A DNA stretch of 64,000 nucleotides from assembly GCA_963747235.1 (NCBI GenBank), contig CAVVEU010000033.1:96001-160000 (forward strand). The letters are read 5' to 3'. The notes under the pieces were generated by a model. The model did no database searches, had not been told where the DNA came from, and saw only the letters and a list, made by a program, of their open reading frames with translations. The translations under genes were made by a program, and so were the position numbers. This document shows, in pieces, positions 1 through 13,505 of the stretch (position 1 is its first letter; each line of letters opens with the position of its first letter). This DNA is from an uncultured Candidatus Rokubacteria bacterium (GTDB lineage: Bacteria; Methylomirabilota; Methylomirabilia; Rokubacteriales; CSP1-6).

Positions 1-2
1 TC

Positions 3-170
3 GCCCCGGCCCCGCGGGCGGGCGTCCACGTCGTCCAGGCGGGCGAATCGGTCTGGCGCATCGCCCGACAGTACGGCGTGTCCACGGCGCAGCTCGCGCG
101 CTGGAACGGCCTCGACCGGCCGGACCGCATCTTCCCCGGCGAGCGCCTGCGCGTCGCCGCGTCGTCCTAG
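3..170 (+). CDS. LysM peptidoglycan-binding domain protein, 3' end (partial)
   Basis: Manual translation HVVQAGESVWRIARQYGVSTAQLARWNGLDRPDRIFPGERLRV-stop matches the LysM pattern; TAG at 168-170; absent from ORF track. Confidence 0.85.
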   Translation, partial: APAPRAGVHVVQAGESVWRIARQYGVSTAQLARWNGLDRPDRIFPGERLRVAASS

Positions 171-188
171 GCCCGGGTCCCGGGCCTC

Positions 189-227
189 CGCCCGGTCGGC
201 CGGCTTCCCGAGCCGGTTGACCGGGCG
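189..227. terminator. Hairpin after LysM gene, overlapping a TTGACC -35-like hexamer
   Basis: 17-bp arms CGCCCGGTCGGCCGGCT / AGCCGGTTGACCGGGCG (two G-T pairs), 5-nt loop; no U-tract. Confidence 0.35.
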
Positions 228-262
228 CGCCCGTCGTGGAGAATAGCGGCCCGGAGGACCTC

Positions 263-1116
263 ATGGGCCGACTGGACGGCAAGGTCGTGGTCGTCACCGG
301 GGCGAGCCGAGGCATCGGCGCCGACATCGCCCGGCTCTTCGCATCCGAGGGTGGCCGCGTCGTCTGCGCCGCCCGCACGCTTCAGGAAGGCCAGCATCCC
401 CTCGCCGGCTCGCTCGAGACCACGGTGACCGGCATCCGCGAGGCGGGCGGCGACGCCCACGCGATCGCCGCGAACATCGCGGAGCCCGCGGAGTGCGAGC
501 GGCTGATCGAGGCGGCGCGCCTGCACTACGGCCCGGTAGACGTGCTGGTCAACAACGCGGCCCTGACCTACTACATCCCGGTGAAGGACTATCCGGTCGG
601 CAAGTGGCTGCGCTCGTGGGCGGTGAACTTCCAGGCCCCGTTCATGCTGAGCCAGCTCGTGCTGCGGGACATGATCCTCCGCAAGAGCGGCGCCATCGTG
701 AACATCTCCTCGGGCTCGGCGATCGGGCCCGGGCGCGGGCCCTATCCGGACACCGTCGGTGGGCGCACGCGGCGGCACCTGCTACGGAGCCGAGAAGGCG
801 GCGCTCGAGCGCTTCACCCAGGGCCTGGCCTCGGAGGTGTTCCAGTACGGGATCTCGGTGACGTCGTCTCGCCCCGTCGCAGGTCGTGCCCACCCCCGGC
901 ACCGTGTACCACCGGCTCGTGACCGGCCTCGACGACCCGCGCGGCGAGCCCCCGCTCCTGATGGCGCGGGCCGCGCTGCTGCTGGCCACCGAGCCGATCG
1001 AGCGGGTGAGCGGCCGCGTGACCTACAGCCAGCAGATCCTCCGCGAGTTCGGCTGGATCGAGACCGCCCGCGGCCGCGGCGTGGACACGCGCGGCAGCGG
1101 CTACTCGGAGATCTAG
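263..1116 (+). CDS. SDR family NAD(P)-dependent oxidoreductase (frameshifted near 760 and 870-885)
   Basis: TGASRGIG, NNAA and NISSG in one frame; YGAEK (YxxxK) in a second; C-terminus in a third; GGAGGA RBS before ATG 263. Confidence 0.8.
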
Positions 1117-1119
1117 AAG

Positions 1120-2097
1120 TTGAAGCGGCGTGCATTCGTCACGCTGCTCGGCGGAACCGCGGCCCTGTGGCCGGCGGTGACGCGGGCCCAGGCCCGCCCG
1201 CGGGTCGGCTACCTCTCCGGCGGCCTCAAGGGCGATAACGAGGCGAACACGTCCGACATCCTGAAGGAGAGCCTGCGTGCGCTCGGCTGGCGCATCGGGG
1301 AGACCCTGGAGTTCGACGAGCGCTGGGCGAGCGGCAACTTCGCCAGCCTGCCCCGGCTCGCGAAGGAGCTCCTCGCTCGGCAGCCCGACGTTCTGGTCTC
1401 GACCGGCACGACCGAGACCCGGACGCTGCAGGTCCTGACCCGGACGATCCCGATCGTCTTCATGCAGCTCGCGGTCGATCCGGTGGCGGGCGGCTTCGTC
1501 ACGCACATCGCCCGCCCGGGCGGCAACATCACCGGCTTCATGCAGGGCCCGCACTTCCTCTGGGGCAAGCGGCTCGAGCTGCTGACCGAGCTGCTGGGCC
1601 GGCCGCCCCGTCGCCTGGCCTGGATCGGCAACCCGAAGAACACGGGCAGCGAGGCCAGCTGGGTCGACGCGAGGGATGCGGTGAGCAAGGTCGGGAGCGA
1701 GGTGATCCGGCTCGACGTCAGCACCGCGGGGGATCTGGACCGCGCCTTCGATACGGTGAAGGGCCGGGACGCGCTGCTCGTGCAGTACGACTTCCTGCTC
1801 GCGACCGAGAAGCTACGGGTCTCCGCGCTCGTGGCCCGCCAGCGGCTCCCCGCGATCTACGAGAACCGGACGCAGGTGCTCGCGGGCGGATTGATCTCTT
1901 ATGGGGGAGACCTGCGGGAGAACTATCGCCAGGGCGCCCAGTACGTACACCGGATCCTGAACAGGACCAGGCCCGACGATCTCCCGGTCGTGCAGGCGAG
2001 CCGCTTCGAGCTCGTGATCAACGTCAAGACCGCCCGAACGCTGGGCCTCACCGTCCCCGCCGCGCTGCTCGCGCGCGCGGACGAGATCGTCGAGTGA
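1120..2097 (+). CDS. ABC transporter substrate-binding protein (ABC_sub_bind/TrpX-like), orphan
   Basis: MKRRAFVTLLGG leader, TIPIVF, RPGGNITG, GGLISYG, DLPVVQ, FELVINVKTA, LLARADEIVE family motifs. Confidence 0.9.
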   Translation: MKRRAFVTLLGGTAALWPAVTRAQARPRVGYLSGGLKGDNEANTSDILKESLRALGWRIGETLEFDERWASGNFASLPRLAKELLARQPDVLVSTGTTETRTLQVLTRTIPIVFMQLAVDPVAGGFVTHIARPGGNITGFMQGPHFLWGKRLELLTELLGRPPRRLAWIGNPKNTGSEASWVDARDAVSKVGSEVIRLDVSTAGDLDRAFDTVKGRDALLVQYDFLLATEKLRVSALVARQRLPAIYENRTQVLAGGLISYGGDLRENYRQGAQYVHRILNRTRPDDLPVVQASRFELVINVKTARTLGLTVPAALLARADEIVE

Positions 2098-2249
2098 AGC
2101 GCGCGCCGCGGTGACACGACGGTGCCGGCGCGCCGTGCGTCTCTGCCGGCCTCGCGAAGCCGAGGCGTGGCTCGCCGGGCTCGCGCCGGAGTGACTTGAC
2201 GACGGGCGCCCTCCGGCGCAAGATGCGCGGGCGGAGGGACCGGACCCCC

Positions 2250-3296
2250 ATGCATTTCGGGATCTTCCTGGAAGAGCGGCGCCGCGGCGTCAGCGAAGGC
2301 GCCACGCTGCGCGAGACGATCGAGCTGGCGGACGCGGCGGAGGCCGGCGGCCTCGACGGCGTCTGGCTCGGCGAGATCCACTTCAACGGCAACCGCTCGA
2401 TCCAGTCCGCCCCCCTCGCGCTCGCCAGCTTCATCGCCGCCCGCACCCGGCGCCTCCGCGTGGGCATCGCGGTGCAGGTGCTGCCGCTCGGCAATCCGCT
2501 GCGCATCGCCGAGGAAGCGGCCACCGTGGACCAGCTCAGCGAGGGGCGCCTCGACTTCGGCATCGGCCGCAGCGGCTCGGCGCGGACCTACGATCTCCTC
2601 GGGGTGCCCTACGGCGAGAGCCAGGCGCGCTTCCTCGAATCGCTCGAGGTCATCCGCCTCGCCTGGCAGGGCAAGCCGTTCAGCTACGACGGCAAGTTCT
2701 ACCGCGTGCGCGACGTCACGGTGTCCCCGACGCCGTACCAGGTGCCGCACCCGCCGCTCCGCATGGCCGCCAACTCGCCGGAGACCTTCCCCCAGGTCGC
2801 GCGCCTCGGCCTGCCGCTCTTCATCGGGCTGCGGGACCTGGACATCCCCCTGCTGCGCGGCCATCTCAAGACGTACCGGGACGCCTGGCGGGAGTCGGGA
2901 CAGACCGGCGAGGCGGACGTGTACCTGCGCATCCCGGTGTACGCGGCCCCGAACGAGGCGGCCGCGCGCGAGGAGCCGCGGGAGGCCATGACCTACTTCT
3001 TCCAGCGGCACATCGAGCTGATCCGCTCCGGCCTCGGCCGCGGGGACACCGGGCCGGGGGACCGCCGGCAGGTGATGGCGGAGCGGATCGCCACGATGCC
3101 GTACGACGAGCTGCTGAAGACGCGCGTCGCGTTCGGCACCGCGGCGTCCCTCCGAGAGCGCCTCGGCGAGATCGCGGAGGACCTGGGGCTCAGCGGCATC
3201 GTCGCCGAGCTGAACCCCAGCGGCCTCCTGTCCCTCGGTCAGATGCGGCGGACGCTCGACATCCTCACCCGCGAGGTGATCCCTACGTTCCGCTGA
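2250..3296 (+). CDS. LLM class flavin-dependent oxidoreductase
   Basis: MHFGIF, WLGEIHF, NPLRIAEEAATVDQLSEGRLDFGIGRSG, PYQVPHPP; ATG 2250 after GGAGGG. Confidence 0.9.
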   Translation: MHFGIFLEERRRGVSEGATLRETIELADAAEAGGLDGVWLGEIHFNGNRSIQSAPLALASFIAARTRRLRVGIAVQVLPLGNPLRIAEEAATVDQLSEGRLDFGIGRSGSARTYDLLGVPYGESQARFLESLEVIRLAWQGKPFSYDGKFYRVRDVTVSPTPYQVPHPPLRMAANSPETFPQVARLGLPLFIGLRDLDIPLLRGHLKTYRDAWRESGQTGEADVYLRIPVYAAPNEAAAREEPREAMTYFFQRHIELIRSGLGRGDTGPGDRRQVMAERIATMPYDELLKTRVAFGTAASLRERLGEIAEDLGLSGIVAELNPSGLLSLGQMRRTLDILTREVIPTFR

Positions 3297-4047
3297 CGAA
3301 GGCCTGCACGCGCTTCCACGCGTCGGCCGACGCCTCCGCGAACTCGGTGTACTTCCGGTCGAAGAAGCTGTGGGGCGCACCCGGGTACACCTTCATGTCG
3401 TGCTTGATGTTGGCCTTGCGGCACGCCCCGTCGAAGGCCTCCACGTCCGCGGGCGGGATGCCCTCGTCGGCGCCGCCGAAGATGGACTGCACCGAGCACT
3501 TGTAGCGCGGCACCGCGTCCACCGGCTTCGGGCGCTCCGGCCAGCGCTTGAGCCCCGACGGCCAGCCGTAGAAGCCGATCACCCCCGCGTAGCCGAGCCC
3601 GCTCGCCGCCTGCAGGTAGGACAGCGCGCCGCCGAAGCAGAAGCCCACCGAGTAGAGCGACTTCACCTGCCCGCCGTCGGCGGTCCGGAGGTACGCGGCG
3701 GCGGCCGCGATGTCGGCCTGCAGCGTCTCCGGCTTGGTCAGCGGCACCTGCGACATGAAGTCGAAGGCCTCGCTGCGATCTTCCGACGGCGCGGTGCGCG
3801 CGAAGAAATCGATCGCGACCGCGTCCACCCCGATCTCGGCGAAGCGATCGGCCAGCTCCTTGTAATAGGTGTGCAGGCCGCGCACGTCCGGGATGACGAC
3901 CATGCCCGCGCCGGTGGGCTTGGCCGCGCGGGCCGCGTGGGCCATGACGCGGGTGCCGTCGCTCGAGGTGAGGTGGAAGTCGCGGGAGCCGGCCGAGCCG
4001 CCCGAGATCGGAGCAATCGGAGGAAAGGAATCGTCGTCCACGCACAT
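3283..4047 (-). CDS. Dienelactone hydrolase family protein
   Basis: GFCFGG nucleophile motif, D in GGADEGI, YPGAPHSF catalytic His. Confidence 0.9.
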   Translation of the reverse strand: MCVDDDSFPPIAPISGGSAGSRDFHLTSSDGTRVMAHAARAAKPTGAGMVVIPDVRGLHTYYKELADRFAEIGVDAVAIDFFARTAPSEDRSEAFDFMSQVPLTKPETLQADIAAAAAYLRTADGGQVKSLYSVGFCFGGALSYLQAASGLGYAGVIGFYGWPSGLKRWPERPKPVDAVPRYKCSVQSIFGGADEGIPPADVEAFDGACRKANIKHDMKVYPGAPHSFFDRKYTEFAEASADAWKRVQAFVSGT

Positions 4048-4075
4048 GATGGAGGTCTCCTGTCGATGGGTTGCG

Positions 4076-4924
4076 CTACATGTCCAGGCCGCCGTTGACG
4101 CCCCAGACCTGGCCGGTGATGTAACTCGACGCGTCGGCGGCCAGGAAGTGCACGACGCGCGCGATCTCCTCGGGCCTGCCGAGGCGGCCGAGCGGGATCT
4201 GGCCGACGATCTTCTCGAGCAGCTTGGCCGGGACGTGCTCGAGCATCTCGGTGGCGATGAAGCCCGGGGTCACCGTGTTCACGGTGAGCCCGACCCCGTC
4301 GGGATCCTGGAGGCGCCCCGCCTTGGCGAGCAGGAAGGCGGCCTCGCGCGCAAGGGTCTTGGTGAGGCCGAACAGCCCCGACTTGGACGCCGCGTAGTTC
4401 GCCTGGCCGATATTGCCCATCTCGCCGATGACGCTCGAGACGTTCACGATGCGCCCGCTCCCCCGCTCCGCCATGTGCCGCAGCGCGGCCTGCGAGAGGA
4501 AGAAGGCGCCGGACAGATTGACGTTCAGCACCTTGAACCAGTCCTCGTCGGAGAGCTTGAGCACCGTCTTGTCGATGGTGATCCCCGCGTTGTTGACGAG
4601 GATGTCGAGCCGGCCGTGGGCCGTGATCACCTCGTCGATGGTGCGCCGACAGTCGGAGGCGTCGCCCACGTTGCCCTTGTGGATGCTCACCTCGGTCCCG
4701 TAGGTCGTGGCGAAGCCGTCGCGAAACTTCTTGGCCGCGTCATCGTTGCCCGCGTAGCCCGCGGCCAGGGTGGCGCCCTGGCTGGCCAGGCTGCGGCAGA
4801 TGGCGGCCCCGATCCCGCGGGTGCCGCCGGTGACGAAGGCCACGCGGCGCCGGAGCTTGTCGCCGCCGCGCGCGGCGATGTTGTCGTGCTGGGTGATGTC
4901 CAGGACCGTGGGCGTGGTCGTCAT
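4076..4924 (-). CDS. SDR, 3-oxoacyl-ACP/acetoacetyl-CoA reductase (FabG/PhaB-like)
   Basis: TGGTRGIG, NNAGITID, GQANYAASKSG, IPLGRLG, ITGQVWGVNGG. Confidence 0.85.
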   Translation of the reverse strand: MTTTPTVLDITQHDNIAARGGDKLRRRVAFVTGGTRGIGAAICRSLASQGATLAAGYAGNDDAAKKFRDGFATTYGTEVSIHKGNVGDASDCRRTIDEVITAHGRLDILVNNAGITIDKTVLKLSDEDWFKVLNVNLSGAFFLSQAALRHMAERGSGRIVNVSSVIGEMGNIGQANYAASKSGLFGLTKTLAREAAFLLAKAGRLQDPDGVGLTVNTVTPGFIATEMLEHVPAKLLEKIVGQIPLGRLGRPEEIARVVHFLAADASSYITGQVWGVNGGLDM

Positions 4925-4968
4925 GGTCGGCTCCCTCTCGATGAGCATCTTCGACCGCCGGCCGGCAC

Positions 4969-4997
4969 ATCCTGGCAAATCCCCATCGCGGAGTCAA
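4969..4997 (-). promoter_or_regulatory. sigma70-type promoter for the SDR/hydrolase pair
   Basis: Minus strand TTGACT-17 bp-CAGGAT. Confidence 0.45.
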
Positions 4998-5017
4998 ACG
5001 GCGTACAATCCCGCTTC

Positions 5018-6290
5018 GTGCGCCTGCCGATCTACTACGGCTGGGTCATCGTGGCCGTCGTCTTCGTCTCCATGGGCGTGGGCGTCAACGCGCGCACCGC
5101 GTTCTCGCTCCTGTTCCCGCCGATCCTCGCCGAGTTCGGCTGGGATCGCGGCGTCACCGCGGGCGCCTTCTCGTTCGGCTTCCTGGTCTCGGCGGCGCTG
5201 AGCCCGTCGCTCGGCCGCCTCATGGACCGGCGCGGCCCGCGCGTGGTGATCGAGCTGGGCGTGCTCCTGATCGGCGCGGGCCTGCTGCTCGCCACCCTGG
5301 TGACGCGCCCGTGGCACCTCTACGCGACGCTCGGCGTCATGGTGGGCGGCGGCAGCGTGTGCCTCGGCTACACCGGGCAGTCGCTCTTCCTGCCCGACTG
5401 GTTCGTGCGCCGGCGCGGCCTCGCGATGAGCCTGGCCTTCTCCGGGCGTGGGCGTGGGCTCGATGATCCTGCTGCCCTGGATGCAGACCCTGATCGGCCG
5501 CTCGGGCTGGCGCGCCGCGTGCTGGGCGATGGGCCTCCTCGTCCTGCTGCTCCTGGTCCCGCTCAACCTGCTGCTGCGCCGCCGGCCCCAGGACATGGGC
5601 CTCGAGCCCGACGGCGATCGCGCCGCGGCCCCCGGCGCGGTGGCGCGCCCGTCCAACGTGGTGGACGCGGCGTGGGCGGCGGTGGACTGGACGCTCGCCC
5701 GCGCGGCGCGCACCGCCCGCTTCTGGTGGATCGCCATCGGCTACTTCTCCGGCCTCTTCGCCTGGTACGCGGTGCAGGTGCACCAGACCAAGTACCTGAC
5801 CGAGATCGGCTTCAGCCCGACCGACGCGGCGTGGGCGCTCGGCTTCGTGAGCCTGGCCGGCATCCCCGGCCAGATCGCGCTCGGCTGGCTCTCGGACCGG
5901 ATCGGGCGGGAGTGGGTGTGGACCGCGGGCGCGTTGGGCTTCGCGATCTGCTACGCGACGCTGCTCCTGCTGGCCGTCACCCCGACCCCGGCGCTGCTCT
6001 ACGTGATGGTGGTCTCCCAGGGCATGCTCGGCTACGGCCTCACCTCGGTCGTCGGCGCGATCCCCGCCGAGATCTTCCAGGGCCGCCACTACGGCTCGAT
6101 CTTCGGCACGCTCATGCTGGCCTCGATCGCGGGTGGCGCGGTGGGGCCCTGGCTCACCGGCGTGCTCTACGACCACACCGGCAGCTACACGCTCGCGTTC
6201 TGGATCTCGATCGCGTGCAGCGTGGTCTCCGCGGTGGCGATCTGGCTCGCGGCCCCGCGCAAGGTGCGGGCGGTCGCCGGCCGCATATGA
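5018..6290 (+). CDS. MFS transporter (frameshift near 5446)
   Basis: YYGWVIV, GRLMDRRGPR motif A, WFVRRRGLA, GWLSDRIGR; many hydrophobic segments across two frames. Confidence 0.85.
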
Positions 6291-6308
6291 CGGGCCTTCC
6301 CTCCGCTT

Positions 6309-6343
6309 CCCTCTCCCCGCTGGGGAGAGGGCAGGGTGAGGGG
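6309..6343. repeat. REP-like palindrome (CCCTCTCCCC-GGGGAGAGGG-CAGGGTGAGGG type)
   Basis: 10-bp perfect arms with GCT loop followed by CAGGGTGAGGG tail; intergenic. Confidence 0.7.
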
Positions 6344-6366
6344 GGCCGGATGAGGTATCCTGCGTC

Positions 6367-9954
<3,588 letters not shown>

Positions 9955-9969
9955 CCCTTTCCGCCCCCC

Positions 9970-9997
9970 TGTCAACGATCGGGGGCGATGGTTCGTC
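9970..9997 (+). promoter_or_regulatory. Candidate ECF-sigma promoter upstream of Spy/CpxP-like gene
   Basis: TGTCAAC-17 bp-CGTC, matching the generic AAC...CGT ECF pattern. Confidence 0.35.
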
Positions 9998-10080
9998 ATA
10001 GGGGCAGAGGCAGAGAACCCACCGGGGCCCCCGTGATCGGCGGATCCCCGCTAAGCGACGACGGATCAAGGAGGATCACC

Positions 10081-10749
10081 ATGAACGCACGCAATGCACT
10101 GACAGGACTGGCACTGGTGCTGGGGATGGCCCTGCCCGCGGGCGCCCAGACGCTGGACGGCATGCAGCTCGCGCAGACGCCCACGGACGCCACGCGCCCC
10201 GCCCCGGGGCCGGGAGCACGCCCGCACTGGGGCCAGCGGCCGGACGGACACGACGGCCAGCATGGCCATCACGGGTGGCAGCGCCGGGCCAAGGCTCATC
10301 GCTTCTCCCTGAGCGGCTTGGCCCTGCGGCACCAGAAGGACCTCGCGCTGTCGCCGGCCCAGGTGGATAGCCTGCGCAAGCTCGGGACGGACGCGCGGCG
10401 CGACGCCATCAAGCGGCAGGCCGACCGGAAGCTGGCCGAGCTAGACCTGCAAACGATGATGGCGCCGGATTCGACGGATCCCAACAAGCCGCGGGACCTG
10501 GCCAGGATCGAGACCAAGGTGCGGGAGATCGAGAAGCTGCGCGCGGATGGGCGCGTGGCCCAGATCCGGAACCTGGAGCAGAGCCGCCAGGTGCTGACCC
10601 CGGAGCAGCGTGAGAAGCTGCGCACGCTCCTGAGCCAGCGCATGCAGCACCGCGGGCCGCACGGCCCCGGGATGCGCGGCATGACGCCCGACGACGGCGG
10701 TCAGAAGCCCGCCGCCTCCGAAGAGACCACCGGCCCCACCGCCGGCTAG
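10081..10749 (+). CDS. Periplasmic Spy/CpxP (LTXXQ) family protein
   Basis: Signal peptide, LALSPAQ and VLTPEQREKL motifs, His/Gly-rich ends; AAGGAGG RBS. Confidence 0.8.
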   Translation: MNARNALTGLALVLGMALPAGAQTLDGMQLAQTPTDATRPAPGPGARPHWGQRPDGHDGQHGHHGWQRRAKAHRFSLSGLALRHQKDLALSPAQVDSLRKLGTDARRDAIKRQADRKLAELDLQTMMAPDSTDPNKPRDLARIETKVREIEKLRADGRVAQIRNLEQSRQVLTPEQREKLRTLLSQRMQHRGPHGPGMRGMTPDDGGQKPAASEETTGPTAG

Positions 10750-10766
10750 ACCACCAGGAACAAACG

Positions 10767-10815
10767 GGGGTCAGGTCTTACATTCCGACAATGTGGGAAT
10801 GTAAGACCTGACCCC
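10767..10815. repeat. Perfect 20-bp inverted repeat (REP-like / bidirectional terminator)
   Basis: GGGGTCAGGTCTTACATTCC (10767-10786), 9-nt loop, GGAATGTAAGACCTGACCCC (10796-10815); between convergent genes. Confidence 0.85.
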
Positions 10816-11715
10816 TTACGCGTTGTTGAGGTACGCGGGATTGGCGGTGGGGCCGTCGCCGGCCACCGTGGTGCGGTGCATGACGCGCTGGTAGCGCGCG
10901 CTGTCCCAGAGGCGGCCGCGATGCAGCGCGCAGCGGTTGTCCCACATCACGAGGTCGCCCACCTGCCAGCGGTGCCGGTAGATACGATCGTCCCCCACCG
11001 TGTGCTCGAGCAGCTTGGCGATGAGCATGCGGCTCTCGTCGAGCCCCATGCCTTCGATGTACCAGGCGTGCGAGCCGATGTAGAGCGAGCGGCGCCCGTT
11101 GCGCGGGTTGGCGCGCACCAGCGCGTGCCGCACCGGCGGATAGTCGCGGCCGATCTCGGTGCCGATGCCCGGATCGATCAGGCTGCGCGAGAAGCCGAAG
11201 CTGTGCACGACTATTAGCCGATCCAAGTCGCGGCGTACGTTCTCATCGAGAGTTTCGTACGCGACGCGCATGCTCGCGAACTCGGTCTCGCCGCCTTCGG
11301 GCGGGATCACACGGGCGGAGAGCGCGGAGGAGTGGGCGGGCACCGGCTTGAACGAGCTGTCGCTGTGCCAGAGCTGGTTGCCGGACTGATACTGCATCCG
11401 CCGGTCGTCCCAGCCCATCAGCTTGCCGTCCGCGTCGGTGTTGGAGAGGTCCACGATGTGGGCGCCCAGCCGGTCCTCGCCCCCGAGCGTGCGCACGGTC
11501 GTCTCGAGCGGCCCCCAGCGCTCGCTGAAGGCCATCTGCTGCGCGTCGGTCAGCGCCTGGCCACGGAAGACCAGCACCGAGTGGTCGTCGAAGGCGACCG
11601 CGATGCGCTCGAAGGTGGCGTCGTCGAGCGGCTGGGTCAGGTCCACTCCGGCGACCAGGGCTCCGAAGGCGGGATGGACGGGCGTGATCGTGAGCGGGCT
11701 CGTGATGGTGGCCAT
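10816..11715 (-). CDS. TauD/TfdA family Fe(II)/2-oxoglutarate dioxygenase
   Basis: WHSDSSF (HxD), GGETEFA, WQVGDLVMWDNRCALHRG, RVMHRTTV. Confidence 0.92.
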   Translation of the reverse strand: MATITSPLTITPVHPAFGALVAGVDLTQPLDDATFERIAVAFDDHSVLVFRGQALTDAQQMAFSERWGPLETTVRTLGGEDRLGAHIVDLSNTDADGKLMGWDDRRMQYQSGNQLWHSDSSFKPVPAHSSALSARVIPPEGGETEFASMRVAYETLDENVRRDLDRLIVVHSFGFSRSLIDPGIGTEIGRDYPPVRHALVRANPRNGRRSLYIGSHAWYIEGMGLDESRMLIAKLLEHTVGDDRIYRHRWQVGDLVMWDNRCALHRGRLWDSARYQRVMHRTTVAGDGPTANPAYLNNA

Positions 11716-11737
11716 GGACGCCTCCTCGCCGGAAAGT

Positions 11738-12562
11738 CTAGCCCTTCACCGAGCCCGCGACCAGCCCCTCCACCATCCAGCGGTGGATGAACACGTAGAG
11801 GGCGACCACCGGGATCGTGGTGATGACGGAGGCGGCCATGAGCTGGCCCCAGTGGAACACGTCGCCGTAGATGAGCAGGTTGAGGCCCACCGGCACCGTG
11901 GTCGCCGTCTCGTCCTGGATGAAGACCAGCGCGTAGAGGAACTCGTTCCAGGAGAGCGTGAACGCGAAGATGGCCGAGGCCACCAGCCCCGGGGCGGCCA
12001 GCGGCAGCAGCACGCGCACGAACGCGGTCACCCGCCCGGCCCCGTCGATCAGGGCCGCCTCTTCCAGCTCGTCGGGCAGCGCCTTGAAGAAGCCGATCAG
12101 CAGCCAGGTGCAGAACGGCACCGTGAAGGTCGGGTAGGACAGGAACAGCGACATGAGGTGATTCGTGGCGCCCAGCTCGGCGAGCACGCGGTAGAGCGGG
12201 ATGAAGAGCAGCGCGGGCGGGATCAGGTAGAGGATCAGGATCAGGCTCGCCACCGACTCGCGGCCGGGGAAGCGCAGGCGCGCCACCGCGTAGCCCCCGA
12301 GGCTCGAGACCACGGTGGTGATGGCGGTCACCACCAGCGCGGTGATGAGGCTGTTGCGCAGCCAGAGCGGAAAGCGCGTCTCGGTCCAGAGCCCGGTGTA
12401 GTTCTCCCACGTGAACGGCTTGGGCACGTAGATGCTGGTGGCGAACTGGATCTGCTCGTAGGTCTTGAACGACATGCTGGCGATCCACCAGAACGGCACC
12501 AGGATCACGAGCAGGAAGATGGCCATGCCGGCCCACGTGAAGGCTCTCAGAGGCAGGCGCAT
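11738..12562 (-). CDS. Carbohydrate ABC transporter permease (MalG-type)
   Basis: ELEEAALIDGA EAA motif, SWNEFLYALVF, GLVAGSVKG C-terminus. Confidence 0.9.
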   Translation of the reverse strand: MRLPLRAFTWAGMAIFLLVILVPFWWIASMSFKTYEQIQFATSIYVPKPFTWENYTGLWTETRFPLWLRNSLITALVVTAITTVVSSLGGYAVARLRFPGRESVASLILILYLIPPALLFIPLYRVLAELGATNHLMSLFLSYPTFTVPFCTWLLIGFFKALPDELEEAALIDGAGRVTAFVRVLLPLAAPGLVASAIFAFTLSWNEFLYALVFIQDETATTVPVGLNLLIYGDVFHWGQLMAASVITTIPVVALYVFIHRWMVEGLVAGSVKG

Positions 12563-12564
12563 GG

Positions 12565-13504
12565 CTATTTCTTGTCCCGGAGCAGGTAGCGGCTGATCAG
12601 GATGATGCCGAGGACCAGGATCGGCACCACGAAGAGGCAGATGGTGACCCCGCGGCCCCAGCGGAGCTGGTTGAACGCGACCTGGTAGGAATAGGTCGCG
12701 AAGATCTGGGTCGCGCTGCCCGGGCCGCCCCGGGTCATCACGTAGATGATGTTGAAGTCGTTGATGGTGAGGATGAAGCTCAGCAGCGTGGTGACGATCA
12801 TCACGTGCTTGAGCCCGGGCAGCGTGATGTGCCAGAAGCGCCGCCACGTCGTCGGCCCCGTCCACCGACGCGGCCTCGTAGAGCTCGCGCGGGATCGCCT
12901 GCAGCCCGGCCAGGAAGGAGACCCCGAAGAAGGGGAACCCGCGCCACCAGTTGGCCACGATCACCGCCATCATCGCGCCCTCCGGCGTGGCCATGAAGGC
13001 GATCGGGCGGCTCAGCAGGCCCAGGTCGAGCAGCACGCTGTTGAAGAAGCCGCGGCCCGGGAAGGCGTCGAACATCCATCGCCAGGTGAGCGCGATGATC
13101 ACGGTGGAGGTGATCCACGGCAGCAGGAAGAGGCCGCGGAAGAAGTTGCGGCCCCGGATCACGTTGTTCAGCACCAGGGCCATCAGCACCCCGGTCACGA
13201 CCTTGAGCCCCACCGAGACCACCGTGAACACGAAGCTGTTCCGGATGACCTGGCGGAAGGTGTCGTCCTCGGCGAGATAGAAGTAGTTCTGGAGGCCGAC
13301 GAAGCGCTCGGGATAGCCGACCAGCTTGTCGGTGAGCGAGAGCCACACCGCCCGGTAGACCGGGTAGACGATGAGGGCCACCACCAGGACCAGCAGCGGC
13401 AGCAGGAAGAGGAGCGCCGTCCCCGCCTCCCGGATGCGCGCGCGCTTCCAGAGGGAAGCGCGCGGCCGCATCACGGGAATGTGGGATGCTGCAGGAAGCG
13501 CCAC
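12565..13504 (-). CDS. Carbohydrate ABC transporter permease (MalF-type; frameshift near 12845)
   Basis: FVGLQNY, LQAIPRELYEAASVDGA, IYVMTRGGPG; C-terminus in ORF 12565..12804. Confidence 0.85.
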
Positions 13505-13505
13505 G

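Noticed and set aside
4076-4924. phaB and PHA synthesis assignment
   Set aside because: PhaB-like motifs overlap with FabG, and no phaA/phaC is nearby; symbol withheld.
11738-13504. Apparent fused permeases (also 41217..43028, 46365..48143, 56767..58986)
   Set aside because: Each resolves into two standard genes once one frameshift is repaired; the middle segments are out-of-frame text.
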